DNA of 61,271 nt, the filler included, from Bipalium vagum (taxonomy: Eukaryota): NCBI GenBank assembly GCA_037834085.1. It is 3 parts of 3 records of this genome, joined end to end, with 100 filler letters (N's around TTAATTAATTAA, not from the genome) between each part and the next. Parts side by side here need not be neighbours in the genome. Positions count along the whole stretch, not along the records: positions 36,860 to 61,271 come from JBBMKC010201383.1; 2 more parts are not named here. The stretch is one strand, 5' to 3'. Positions 42,056-55,005 of this stretch are shown one piece after another (within the stretch, counting starts at the first letter, position 1; every line of letters starts with the position of its first letter). A model generated the notes under the pieces. That model searched no databases. It saw only the letters and a list, made by a program, of their open reading frames with translations, and had not been told where the DNA came from. Position numbers and translations under genes: made by a program.

Positions 42056-43222
42056 TTAAAAATTATTTCGTTTAAATTGACTACCAGAGCGTTTACAAAT
42101 TTGTGTTCTTTTCAATACATTTTCCATTTCTGGCTGCAATGTTTCCGTCGGTATTACTGGTATTTTGGATCGTATATTGTATTTTAATTTAGTTAATGTT
42201 TGTGGCTTATTAACAAAAACTTTGTCTTTCAGATAGCCCCAAAGAAAAAAGTCAGAAACTGTCAAATCCGACGACCTTGGAAGCCATCTAAAATGTGAAT
42301 TTTTCGATATTAATTGATTGCCGAAAGTTGAAATAAGGAGTTTTATTGTTGGTCTGAGCTGTGGCTGCATCCTGTTGGAACTAGGACTCCACAACTTCAT
42401 TTGAAAGATTCGATATGAAAAAACTTTGAATCATCTTTCGATTTCGATTGCCATTCACCCTAACCATCATACCGTTTTCTTCAAAAAATAAGGCCCAGTG
42501 ATTTTTCTCGTGGAAACAGCACACCCCATTGTTACTTTTTTCTGGGTACAAAGTGTGTTCGTGTAAAATCTGTAGATTGGTAGTACTTCAAAAACGTGTA
42601 TTTTGTTTGTTGACGTAGCCGTTAAGTTGGAAATGAGCTTCGTCACTCATCCATAAATTTCTTTTAAACGACCCATCACAATCACTTCTATTGAGTAACT
42701 GATGAATGTATTGTAGGCGCAACCGGTAGTCATTTTGGTTTTAATTTTGGACTAATCGATTCTTATAAGGATACGTTTTTAAATCTTTGTTTAAAATTCT
42801 TTGCAATGATAACCGACTCACATTCAACAGAGAACATAGTTTTCGACTTGATATTTTGGGGTTCTCCTTTACACTTTGTCTTACACCCTCAATATTATTG
42901 TTATTCCTTGAAAATCTTGGTCTCTTTGATCTACTGGCATCTTCCACTGTCCCAATGTCTTCAAATTTTTGCACCAGTTGGTTAGACCGGAGGGCGAATC
43001 CGTTGTTTTGTAAAATCTTCTAAATTTCAATTGTGTTTCAGAAATACTTCTCTGACTTTCGAGGTAAAATACAACTTTTTTGGTTCTTTCTTCCGACGTA
43101 AATTTATTCATAATTAATGTTGTTTTTTATGTAAGTTATTCTGCTAAAACAAAAATTAAAACATTAGAATAAAAAAATTATTGATTTATTTCATTAGTAA
43201 TTAACTTTTGGCACACCCTGTA
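42056..43222 (-). mobile_element. DD41D/rosa-like transposon, decayed
   Basis: 5' TIR TACAGGGTGTGCCAAAAG, ATG at 43111 (MNKFTSEER...), and motifs WMSDEAHFQLNGYVNKQN, GPYFF, QQD.ATA and WLPRSSDLTVSDFFLWGYLK. Frameshifted. Confidence 0.85.
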
Positions 43223-46200
43223 CAATCTCATAAATGCTGCTATAACTGATGAAATGCTTAAAATTAACAAAGACCAACTGATCAAGGCATGCAAGCACTG
43301 CAGAAGCCCTGTTGAAGCAGTAATTGACGCTAAATATGGATTTATTGAATAAATATTCGATGTCTTTTTAAAGTAGTTCACTTGCCAAAAATTGTGAAAA
43401 AAAATTGTATAATTTCTTTTCCTATTCTCAAATTGTTGATGCACAAATTGGTATTATTATAAAAAATTGATCAAGTTTGATTAATTGGACCACCTTTCGA
43501 TTAATTTTTGGAATTAATTCATCTTGAATTATCTCTGTCATTCCGAAATTGGTATACCACCTAAATATATTTTTGCGACTATCTTTACAATAAATATCCT
43601 TTATTACTTGATATTATCTTGTTCCATTAATTTTTTGTTTAAATCTAAAAGATTTAAATCCTTATGCGCGGTACAGCATAATGAGAATATTCCTAGGTAA
43701 AGGCGTAACTCCAAAAATCTTCCGGTGCAAATAACTGGGTGTAAAAATCACAATTTTCTGATATTGAAAGTTTTCCAAAATTTGAAAATTCAAAAAACTA
43801 AGATTTCAATAAAACGGCAACACGACATCTGCCTTTTCTATTTTATATCAAGCAATGTCGATCAATCCTTTCGTCCTCTTCTAATTTGTGAGGAAAACTT
43901 ACCATTATTTACCTTTATTTATATCTCCCTTCTAGTTCTGATTATCTTGAGTCTGTGACTCAATCTGGAACGGAAATATTTTTTCAGTCCTTAATTGTTA
44001 ACTTTCATGAGATAAAGAAACATTGTTTATTTTTTATTTAGTAATATTAGGTCACTAAGTACGAAATGTCTGATTTTTAATCAACATTTGGATTTACAAT
44101 ATGAGAAGCAAAAACGATTTATTTATTCAAAATTATTACTAAAACTGTCAACAGAGTTCTGTCATCTTAATGGTAACTTGTTTATTTCAACAGCGAAGAA
44201 GTCTGATTATAAAGTGACGATGAAATCACGAAATGCAGTAAAACAAAAACAAATAAGTTTCGAGTTAAATTATTTAAAATATCAAATGTCAAACTTCGGA
44301 TTTTGCAAATCCGACATTTTCTACTTAATGACAAATTATTATTAATTATTAATTATCAGATTCTTTTACGGTCTTAACCTTATTTTGATCTTTACCTTTA
44401 GAAATCTGAATAATGCCCTTCAAAAACACACTCCTGTTTTCCACTATATGGGCTCTAGTCTGTATTATTTCTGAAGGATGAATAAATTCTGATTAAACAT
44501 TCCAGATTATCATAACATTTTCCAGTACCTTAACTAGGCTTTTGCTTTTAAGAACATCATCTCAGATTATGGCATAAATGTGAAGTGTTTCCTCTTAAAA
44601 TTTCATAAGCCACCAATACAGTTTACCTATGATGAGCTGACATTTTTAATTTAGAGTTTTTATTTATAAACGATTTTTATTTTGTTGCTTATCTTTAGTT
44701 TTGATTAATATTTTCTAATTTTATATTTAACATTATTACGATATATTAATATTATATATAAATAAAAATTGTATAATAATTAAAGTATTATGGAGTCTAA
44801 AAATTCTGTTGAATGTATCAAATTTGTTTATATTATTATTTATTATATATTATTATAATTCAGTTTTATTAAAAGGCTCAGTTGATTTTCAGTTTTCTCT
44901 ATATATAATATCTATAACGGACTTTTATTTATTTTTCAATGAAAGAAAAATGCATTCAAAACCAGGATACTGCACGTTAGGAAAAGAAAGGAGTATTTTT
45001 ATTATATTATAATTAAAATATTCAATTAATTATTTCGGAGATTTTCATAAATTGTCTAATAAACATTTTAAATAAAATAAAATCTTTCCAGTCTTGATGA
45101 ACACTCTAAAATTTCATTAAAATTTTAATTAATTAATTAAATTAGTTCATATTTCTAATTAATATTTGTGTATGAAAAATATTTTTAAAATAATATTTAT
45201 AATTATCACTGTTCATACAATGCATTAACAGCCTCGTTACAAATTCACTATTTTTGAATCGAAAAATACGAATAAGAATGAAATAATTATTGTCTGGAAA
45301 TAGAGTTGGATTTTCACAATTTTTAGCATTTCTGATCCTACTTTCTTTGTGAAATATCATTCTCCTTAACTAAACTTAAAACAAAAATGAGATCATTTAT
45401 TGATTGGAATATAACGTTTCATGGCTCATTTGAAAATGAAATCTTATCTTTTAAGTTTTAATTAAACAAAAGAATTATATATTTTATAAAACAATTATTA
45501 TTTTAGATATTAATTAAATATCACGTCAATTTGATTTTTTGCTCGTGGGAGGGCTAAAAAATTTAATTTGTCCAAAAATAATAACTCATTTCCGTGAAAA
45601 CTGCATTTATAAACATACTTATCAAACCGGAAGTTTTCTATTTATACTATTTTTACTGCTCAATAGGAATGTTTGTTTCAAAAGTAATTTCACCTGATAT
45701 TCTAATCCAATATTGTCATTAAAATCTGGCACCCACTAAATCTTGTTCTTCTCCTATTCCTTATAATATCGAGGTAAATAAACTGGATCTTTTCGATTTG
45801 ATTCATGAAATGCCTCACGATTACCAATTATTTAATGTTACTAGTGTAAAATATATATCACTGCCTTATGATAAAACAATAATGAATAAATGAAACAAAA
45901 ATATCTGGAATTTTTTATTTCATATACTCCAATGCTCGGCTTTTGCTCAGTATTTCTAATTAAATTAGTAAGTAAAAGACCTCTTTATGCAATCTTCAAA
46001 TAATTTTTTTATCAACTCTAATATATATCTTCTCCCATAATGGAAAATAGTGAGATAGAACTTTTTTCTTTGTATCCATATCATTTTGCAATTCAAGGAG
46101 CTCTTCCGGAACCATTGCTTTAACATTACCCATAGTTGATATAAATTGGTAATTTCACGAAAAAACTAGTACCAACAAACAATTTCAAAACTTTCATATT

Positions 46201-46462
46201 GGAAATCACTTGTCTAATCATTTCTTTAACTGTTTTGTGAAGCAAATCATCTTGTCATTTTTAATTATGGAAATAAGAAGAAATCACTGATTTTAATTTC
46301 TAATAAATAAAGGTCTTACTTAACTTAAAGGTCTAGTCAAAAATTGATAAATATGAATGAATTTTAGTGGATGAGTGAAGTTATTACCTTAAACCTGATG
46401 TTTTAGCTGTAATGCTAATGGCGATACCGGATGGTAAACATAGTGCAACTTAACCGAAGCGC

Positions 46463-47684
46463 TATAGTGTTTTTAAAAAGTAGTAGCGCATATTTTAAAC
46501 AACCATAATTTTTACAATTATTAAATTTTTATATTATAATATGAAATTAAGTAAGCTTGTAACATTTTAATTTTTGGTAGAAATAAGTGTTAAATTTTAT
46601 CAAGATAGAGTCCAAAGAAATAATAGAAATCGTAAATTGACAATTAACCATTTTTTGTTGACAAGAAGATCGATACAAAGCTTTTTAAAGCGATTTATAG
46701 ATGAAGATCGTATAGAATTTATAAAGAAATCTGGTCGTACAAGAACAATAAATACCAAAGGAAACCAAAACCCTCATTCATAAATAATTCGTCAAAAATC
46801 GGTTCTCAACGCTGGTGAAAATTTAGATATTCATTATACTTGTGTTCACAGAATAAAACATACACCCGATACTAAAACATACACTAAAAGAAGAAACTAA
46901 CGTATATCAGAAATCAAGAATTGAGAACACTAAAAGGAAGCACGTATATTTACAAAAAAGTATTACAATCTGGTGGAAATTTTGTGTCATCGATGACGAG
47001 ACTTACGTACCAGCAGATCCAAACCAAGTACCTGGTAAAGAATTTTACTCACAAATAGATAGAGTACAATCGGATCCATCACAATAGGTTATTAAAAAAT
47101 ATTGTAAGAAGTTTTTAGTTTGGCAAGCAATTTCTTCCTGGGGAAAAATAAGCTTGTCTTACATTCAGGAAGGTGCGATGAAAAATGATATTTATTTAAA
47201 AGAATGTATTAGTAAAAGATGTTTCCTTTATGAAATCTATTGATGTCTTCTTTTACTTAGATTTGGCAACCATATATTATACAAAAGATATATTGGATGA
47301 ATTAGAGAAAGAACATCAAATATGTACCGAAACAAAAATCCTAATAATTTACCTCAAGCGCGTCCTATAAAAAATTTTTTTTGTTTGACTAAAAGAAAAT
47401 TTAAACAAAGTGTTAAGAAACAGTATAATCTTAAAATTTTTAAAACCAATTGATCTAGAATATCCAAGAGAGTGGCTCAAAATCATGGAAAATCACTATT
47501 TAACAATTGAACAAAGAAACTAAACCTGATTTATGATAAAGGTGTTTATTATTTATAGTTTATATGTCAGTTTGTACATCTTTTCTTCGTTTTTCATATA
47601 AAATAAAAATATTTGAAATATTATTTATGGTTTTAAAATTATTTCTGTTCAAAGTTCGCGCTACTACTTTTGAAACATACTATA
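46463..47684 (+). mobile_element. DD37E (ITmD37E/TRT-like) transposon with both TIRs, pseudogenised
   Basis: TATAGTGTTTTTAAAAAGTAGTAGCGC ... GCGCTACTACTTTTGAAACATACTATA. Motifs CVIDDETYV, FLVWQAISS.G, IYLKECI.KR, DLAT.YY and NP.NLPQARPI. Confidence 0.85.
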
Positions 47685-47789
47685 TCTGTTCGATAAGTTT
47701 CTATAATGTGATATTAACTAAGGCGGGTCTCTAAAATTATTACTGATATTATGTATGTGAATTAATTTGGTCCTTTTTTATTCAAAAAC

Positions 47790-48700
47790 ATTTATGAAAA
47801 AACAAGTTCATGTACACTAATCAAAATATTTTCCATTTTTTGTTATTATTTTTCCTACCTGCTTGGCAGTTTTTGGAATTCTTGGCGGAGAAATTACTTG
47901 TCTTTCAAAGTAACCCATTCATTGAGTCATTTTTCTATTTCTTCATTATTATTGAAATTCCACTCCAAAGATCTATGTAACATCACTCGAAACAAATGAT
48001 CGTTACTTGGAGCAATGTCCCATGAATACCGCTAGTGACGTAAAAAATCCCAAACAAGATCTTCTAAAATGGTCTTCACAATCTTTGCAGCATGTGGCCT
48101 GATGTTATCATGCTGGAAGATCATTTGGGAGTGTCTCTGTATATTCCAATCACTTATTAATTTTAATTCCTTGCTTAAATTTATCAATGGTTGTTTCTAA
48201 GGTTCAGCAGTAATGGTTTGGTTATCTTTTATTAACTCGTGATACACTAAACCCTTTCGGACCCAGCATATACAGATCAATACCTCCGTGTAGTGAATAT
48301 TCTTCTTTGATGCTGATTTTGACGGTTTTCCGGGGTCAGGTATCGATTTTATTCGTCTAGCATTATGGAAGTAAATTCACTTTTTGTCTCCAGTCAAAAT
48401 ACAGTGCAAAAATTTTTTTCTTTTTTACCTTTCAAAGAAGATTTTACATTTTGTTTTCTTTCTCTCTGTTTCTCTTCTTTCAGTTCATATGGCAACCATC
48501 TTCCTTTTTTAAAAGTCTTTCCCATGGCTCCCAAACGTACAGAATTTGTTGTTCCATCAACATTTAACAATAGCATGAGCTCATTTTATGATTGACACTA
48601 ATCTTCAAAGATTAACACCTGTAATTCATCATTCTCGAAATTTTTTTTGGTGACCTGAACGATGTTTGTTATTGTAATATCATCAGACATAACAAGTTTT
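47790..48700 (-). pseudogene. Decayed mariner transposase
   Basis: Minus strand GRWLPYEL, LICICW..KGLVYHEL, IFQHDNIRPH and YSWDIAPSNDHLFR. Confidence 0.8.
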
Positions 48701-49723
48701 TTATAATAGTTTCTTTACTTGTTGTCAAGTCGTTTGATTTTCAAAAAACTTGATTTCTTTCTGATAATGTTAATTACTGATTTTTTATAACTGTTAATTA
48801 TTTAATTAATTAATATTTATTTAATTAATTATTGTCCTCTTCAATGTTATTTTATAAAAATTTCTTTTAACATATTTTAAACTTTTACTTTTTAAATTTT
48901 AATTTAAGATTTTTAAATAATGTATTAATTTTAAATTACATTTAAACTTTAAAATTTATTATTATCCTATTATTATTATTAATATTTTTACACATATAAA
49001 AACTGAAATCAGCATTCTTAAAACGTCAAAACCGTTCTCTGCATGACTTATCGCTTCACCATTATAATTTCACCATAAACTTCCATGATGATTCAATGAG
49101 CTCGGCTGTTGTCTTTTTCGAATAGAGGCAGAAAATTTTTGATATTTTTAATTGAGTTAAACAAGGTTCTATTGTTACAATGCTAAAAAGTTTATTAGAA
49201 AAATATTAAAATATTTCCAAACTAAAAAATAAATAAATCTGAAGTTATTACGAAAATTATTTTTATTCTAATTATTTGTCTGTTAAAAATACAATGATTA
49301 TTTGACATAAAAATGGACCGAGTTTATAATAAAACTAAGTTTAATTTCTCTTATTTAACAAGGCATGAAAAAACCGGGTGAAATCATTTTACGTTAAAAA
49401 ATTATTTTATTGAAATTAAAAAGTACCAGTTCTATTTAATGTTGTTTATTTATTTATAAAACAGATAAATGATACTTTTATTCACCAATTCAGCTCTGTG
49501 ACTTTTCTTTTTAGCATGTGAAAGCTGGTGAAAAGGTATATATGACTTTGAAAATGGACATCTTTTTAAAGTATTGTCACTATACAATAATAGAAATAGT
49601 CCTTTATAGATATAGAATTTGTGATTTAAATCAAGCCTAAAATAAAAAATTTATCAAAAATAAACTTTTAACTTGTGATGAAAAGAATAAAAAATAATTT
49701 TATGTCAAGCCATAATTGAATAG

Positions 49724-50408
49724 AAATGGCACCATCCTCGTTTGAGTTGGACCAAACTAAATATGAGCTCTGTCAAAGCTATTCGAATGCCGGAAGCAAG
49801 TGTCTGGACCCCAGACACATATATATATAATAAGTTCGATGTTTTAAAAAAATTAATTAATTAATATATTTTTCTGTTTAGTGCTGACGACGTAAGGTCT
49901 GGCTTTTTAGCTGGCGTACATGTTCTAATCTATTCAGATGGAAATATAAAATGGCCTATTCGAACTCAGCTGAAAACCTTTTGCTCCATGGATATCAAAA
50001 TGTTTCCATTTGACTTACAAATATGCTCTATTGAATTTGGATCTTGGGTTCTTATTGGTCAACAACATATATTATATGACAATAAAAACATTAATTCAAA
50101 CAAATCTATTGATCTCTCCGGCTACACTGATAATAGTGATTGGATTTTAGTTTCAGCTATTATTAAAAGTAGAAAAAATAATGGCATCAGGTTAATTCTG
50201 ACTTTGGAACGACGAAGTTTTTTTTATATTTGGATTTTGATTGTCCCCTTCATTATGCTGACAGTCCTATCTTTGATGACATTTCAAATGCCATCTACAT
50301 CAAAAGAAAAGCTCAGTCTTGGTTTATCAGTTTTTATGGCATTCTCTATGTTCATGATAATGATATCGGAAAGAATTCCTCCTGCAACAAAACATGTGCC
50401 TCTTATTG
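49724..50408 (+). CDS. nAChR-like subunit exons 2-3 (49724-49833, 49882-50408): loop A, Cys-loop, M1, M2; non-alpha type
   Basis: 110-nt exon KW.HPRLSW...VWTPDTYIYN, a 48-nt intron, Cys-loop CSMDIKMFPFDLQIC, FGSW, M1, KEKLSLGLSVF (M2) and VPLI G|gtaagt. In phase with exon 1. No vicinal cysteines. Confidence 0.92.
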
Positions 50409-52039
50409 GTAAGTACTTTGAATCTTATTCAGTTCATTTGATTCCTAACCCCGATTTACCTGCTTTTTACAATTTTAATATTATTCATTATAAAAATTTC
50501 AAATCAAAAAAAATTTTTAATAATATTTTCTTTCCTACATTTGTTACTATTATACCCTATTAAAGTAACTTTCGCTTATCTGTCAGTAACTCCTCACTAA
50601 ACAATGTTGTTCTCGTAATTGTTCTCGTATTGTTCTTACGCAAAGTTAAACTCAGAGTAAATCAAAAACCCCGCAATAATACTATATCCGCACCCTAAAA
50701 ACTGAATCAAAACACTTTAATCAATAAAACTTTATTATAAATTTAACAACAATCTGATGCAACAACAAAATTCGCTCCAATACTCGTAGATCACCCAACA
50801 TTATGTCCAGTAATAACTCAAAACAAAATGGCTTCAACGTCAAATAATCAAAATCGAGTCAATGGTTAAAGTAATAATAACGACAAAATAAATAATAATA
50901 ATAATAATCTAATTAAATAATTTTAAAGAAAAGGATGAGAAGAATAATCACAAAGAAAAAGAGTTCGAGAATTAACAAAATAAAACGGTCTCACCAGAAA
51001 CAACAAGGGGTCCGGGTCGTCCTCTAGGTCCTTCGCAAGTCACCTAGAAATTCCCAAACTCTGTGGGTTCCCTTGGTAAATCCTTTTGCGATAACATATC
51101 CACACAAAAAATGAATACGGGAATCGTTGAATAGTTCTCGGGTCCTCTGGAAAATCGCATCAAATCGAATGAAATCATCGTTCTGAAATTCGTTTTGAAA
51201 TTCATTTTTGGGTACATTTCTGGGAATAGTCGTCTCTTTATATAGTCGTAGAGATTGGCCACGATCACCAATCCCCATGACTTGAGACGGCTATTTCCAA
51301 CAATAGCTCTTTGTCTCTAACTTTATCTATACGCCGAGACAAGGTTAGACAAAGGAGCAAATCGATCACTTCGATGACGGAGCTCATTCATCATGATCCT
51401 TATCAAATTACGTCAACGCCCCTTATTTCCAATTCAGTACATCAAAGTTTCAACGCCGAGACTTCGATAAATCACTCTCATTAAAATTTGATCACCAAAA
51501 ATTTTCGAAATTAATTATTATTTTTATTATTATTATTATTACCATTATTATTCTTATTATTATCATCAATCTCATCATTTCACCTTTTTATCTCTTTGGC
51601 AAACCCAACACATTTAAGGATTTGATAATATTATAACTTAAAGTAGTTCGAATTTTAAAAATTTGATTAATAAATAGGCTACTGGGAAAGCTTGTAGAAT
51701 CTATTGCCTGAAAAAAAAACAAGCCAAAAATACAATTTTTTTCAAAAAAAACCCTTTTTCACATACCGCCACCTAATGATACAAACTGTACATCTTCCGA
51801 ATGTCAAATTAATGTTTTCAACATCTTCTAAAACTGTTTTACTAATTTCTTTGTTTGTCATGGTGTGTCAATTCTAATATTTTCAAAAAATATATTGGAT
51901 TATATACAAATATGAGAATAACTTATTTAAATATGATGATTTCAAAATGGAAAATAATTTATTTCTGCAGCTTTACTATAGAAGATTGTAAGACATTCTA
52001 AAAATTAACTATAAAAATATATTTTCCATGGCACAACAT

Positions 52040-52310
52040 AAAAAACAGCTTTATTAATAGATGAATGATCGTGATTTTTCATTTTGGATTAGACCAACTC
52101 TAAATTTAAGAACTTATTCAATCGAAAACGGTCTTTAATGAATACATGTCTCTAAAAGCGAAGAATTATATTCAACCGGCATCAATACACTTGTTAAACG
52201 TCGGCAAAATGCATTGCATCTCGGATTTTATTTTGATTAATAAATTTTTTTTATAAATTATGACACTTTTACTTTATAGTTTAAAAACATTATTTTTGCA
52301 CCTAACTAAT
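52040..52310 (+). mobile_element. mariner 3' fragment with TIR
   Basis: YSTGINTLVKR....GFYFD* followed by TTTTGCACCTAACTAATA. Confidence 0.6.
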
Positions 52311-52619
52311 AAATTTTCTTATCTTAAAAATTTTAAAACAGAAAAAATAAAACAAAAATGTATTTAAAAGTCGAAAGTTTATAATCAATAAGACTAATTG
52401 ATTGAAATTAGTTTTATTCATAAATATGTTAACTTTTTAATGAAATAAAATTATTTATATTAAAAGTTATATTTTTAAGTTTAAAAAGCTATTAATTGTT
52501 TAAATATTCATTTACATTATATGCAACTGTTTAAATTTATTGACAACAGTAACAGATTTTAAATAAATGTACTTTTTCTTTCATTTAAATGGTTTATTCA
52601 TTAATTAATGTAGGTGATT

Positions 52620-52825
52620 ATGAAGACTGAAAATCAAAAAAATCAAATTTTATTTCTATCTAACGAAGGAAGGAGTTACATGAGAATTTCTGCAAAAACC
52701 AAAATATCTAGGAATTATGTAATTAGTATTTACCGAAAAAGATTGGTTGGAAAGTCCTTGAAAAAAGAACCGAAATGGAAAATTGATGCAGACTATAAGT
52801 TATGGTTGAAGAGGCAAATAAGCTA
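52620..52825 (+). pseudogene. Tc1-like transposase N-terminal fragment interrupted by a second Tc1 element
   Basis: MKTENQKNQILFLSNEGRSYMRISAKTKISR...KKEPKWKID...LKRQIS resembles the N-terminus of the 53152 transposase and ends at the TA insertion site. Confidence 0.6.
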
Positions 52826-52827
52826 TA

Positions 52828-54247
52828 CCGATGGTCAAATTTTTTGACACACCTGATATCTATATAAACGATGCTTAATAAAAGAGCTTTTATAATTAAT
52901 TATGTATCTATATAAAATACTTATTTAAAATATATAAATTTTTTTAACTAATTGTACTTCTTTAAATAATATTGCCTAATTTAGTAAATTTTGAATTTAT
53001 TTAAAAGTCAAATTTTTTGACACAGTAAGTTTAAATTGTTATTGCGTAATTTTTTTGAGTTAAAGTATATTTTAATTTCATGGTACATTAAAAATATTTT
53101 AGATTCTACTTTGTTAATGCACAATGTATTTGCAAGAAAACTGGCTATTCAATGGAGAACAGAGGTTACAGTTATTCAGCCTTTGCCACAAGGTTGAGCA
53201 ATACACGTAATGCAGCTTGCAATTTATGCGTCTACAGATTAATAAAATTAAAGATGAAGACAGGACCGAAATTAAAAATGGATAAAGCGTGTAAGTTGCG
53301 CGTGAAGAGGAAGATTTATAGTCTTAATGAAGGCAAAGAAAAGATAAATGCGACGAAATTAATAGATGAATGTGACTTAGATGTATCAAGAAGTACAGTA
53401 CAGCGATATTTAAGGAAAACTGGTTTCATTTACAAAAGGATGTCATCCCAAATTCATTTGACAGTCGCTCAGAAGCAATTACGTATGGAATGCGTAAGAT
53501 CATGGATTTCATTAAATCATAATTGGGATCTCACAATTTTTTCTGATGAAAAGCGGTTTTCTTTAGATGGTCCAGATGATTGGAGATCATATGTACAAAA
53601 ATCATCGTCAAGTTATCGCATTAAGAGGCAGTGCAAAGGTGGAAGCGTCATGGTACGGATGATGACAATGCCAAATGGTCTACTCTCTTTCAAAGTCGTG
53701 AAAGGAAACATGAATTTTGATAGATACATTAGGCTGTTGCCAGAAAGTGCTGTACCCATAATAAAATTAAATTACGGAAAAAATTAGTGGTTCCAGGAGG
53801 ATAATTCTTCGGTGCACAAAGGGAAGAAAGTTTAACTGTTGGAAAACAATATCATATCTGGTCTACGATGGAAATCAGTTCAATGGAAAGGAGGATTTGG
53901 CTACAAAAATAACTACCGTCATAAATTCCCTTAATGCCAACAAACGATGCAAAGTTATTGATTTAAATAAATCAATTAGACATCGCTTATGTAGGGTATT
54001 AGAAAAGCATGGTGATCTGTATAATCGTTAGGTTTTTTCTATAAATAAATAAGTGTGTCAAAAAATTTGATTTTTTCATTTTGCATATTTTAATAAATTT
54101 GAATATTATCGTAAAACAATATTGCAAACAACTTTTAAATTCAATTATTTATAACTTTTAACTCATTTAGTAATAAATTTAAAAAAATATTTCAACACAT
54201 TTCTTAGCTTTATAAATCACAGGTGTGTCAAAAAAATTGACCATCGG
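52828..54247 (+). mobile_element. Tc1-like (DD34E, IR-DR) transposon, near-intact, transposase disabled
   Basis: TA-CCGATGGTCAAATTTTTTGACACACCTG ... CAGGTGTGTCAAAAAAATTGACCATCGG-TA. Internal TTTTTGACAC repeats at ~53013 and ~54054. ORF 53152-53787 has FSDEKRFSLDGPD and GGSVMV, a premature TAG before WFQEDN, and a later deletion. Confidence 0.92.
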
Positions 54248-54426
54248 TATACATATCTTTTTGGCCATTTGTGTTGCATTGACATTTTTTTTCCAATAAT
54301 GTCTTCACAGTAATCTAATTTCCAATTTATCTCTATTTCTTCTAAACAAATAAAGCAGCATATTTACAATAATTTTAAAAATATTAATTTACCGTCTGAT
54401 AAAGAAAGTGTTTATCTACAAAATGA

Positions 54427-55005
54427 TGTTACTCTATTATATTACTATGAACCCTGTCGTAACACTTTATTAACAAAGTAACAGCCACAATGTCTCAAGA
54501 CTTTTGCCAGTGGAGCAACTATCATTGAATGTCAGAAGACTTTTGCCAGTAGAACAGGACCATTGTCATTTCTGTAATTCTTATATTGATGCCCTTATGC
54601 GACAGGAGAGCACGACGGGTCCTGTGCGGTTAGAGGATTTCTGAGCGGACCGGATTGGGCTCAGCTAACCACCCTTTGGACCTGTCGTTCACCCGTGGTG
54701 AGAGTATTTATTTGTTTGTTTTTTTTTCATTTGAACTAACATTGATTATTTTAATCAGTTGATTATTAATTATTAATTTCTTTTTAGTATAACATTACTT
54801 GATTCTGTGATGATATAATTGATTTTATTGACAATTGATTAACATTTTAGTGATTGTTTGGAATGTTTTGTATTATTGTTTAAGCAATAAAGTGTTTTAT
54901 ATAGTTGTTTGATTCATTCAATTGCGTATACGTATAGGAATAAGTGAAGGGGTCAGTAACGTTTCGAGGTTACGACTGGGTTTATAGTGAAATAATATCG
55001 TAACA
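54427..55005. mobile_element. Probable solo LTR of an LTR retrotransposon
   Basis: TGTTACTCTATTAT ... ATAATATCGTAACA (12/14 inverted termini, TG...CA). Flanks atga/ataa are a possible degenerate TSD. Also has an internal direct repeat AAGACTTTTGCCAGT and AATAAA at ~54886. Confidence 0.6.

Noticed and set aside
50409-50563. 3' extension of ORF 49988-50563 as the receptor C-terminus
   Set aside because: It is read-through into the intron after the conserved VPLIG|gtaagt donor and has no M3 character.
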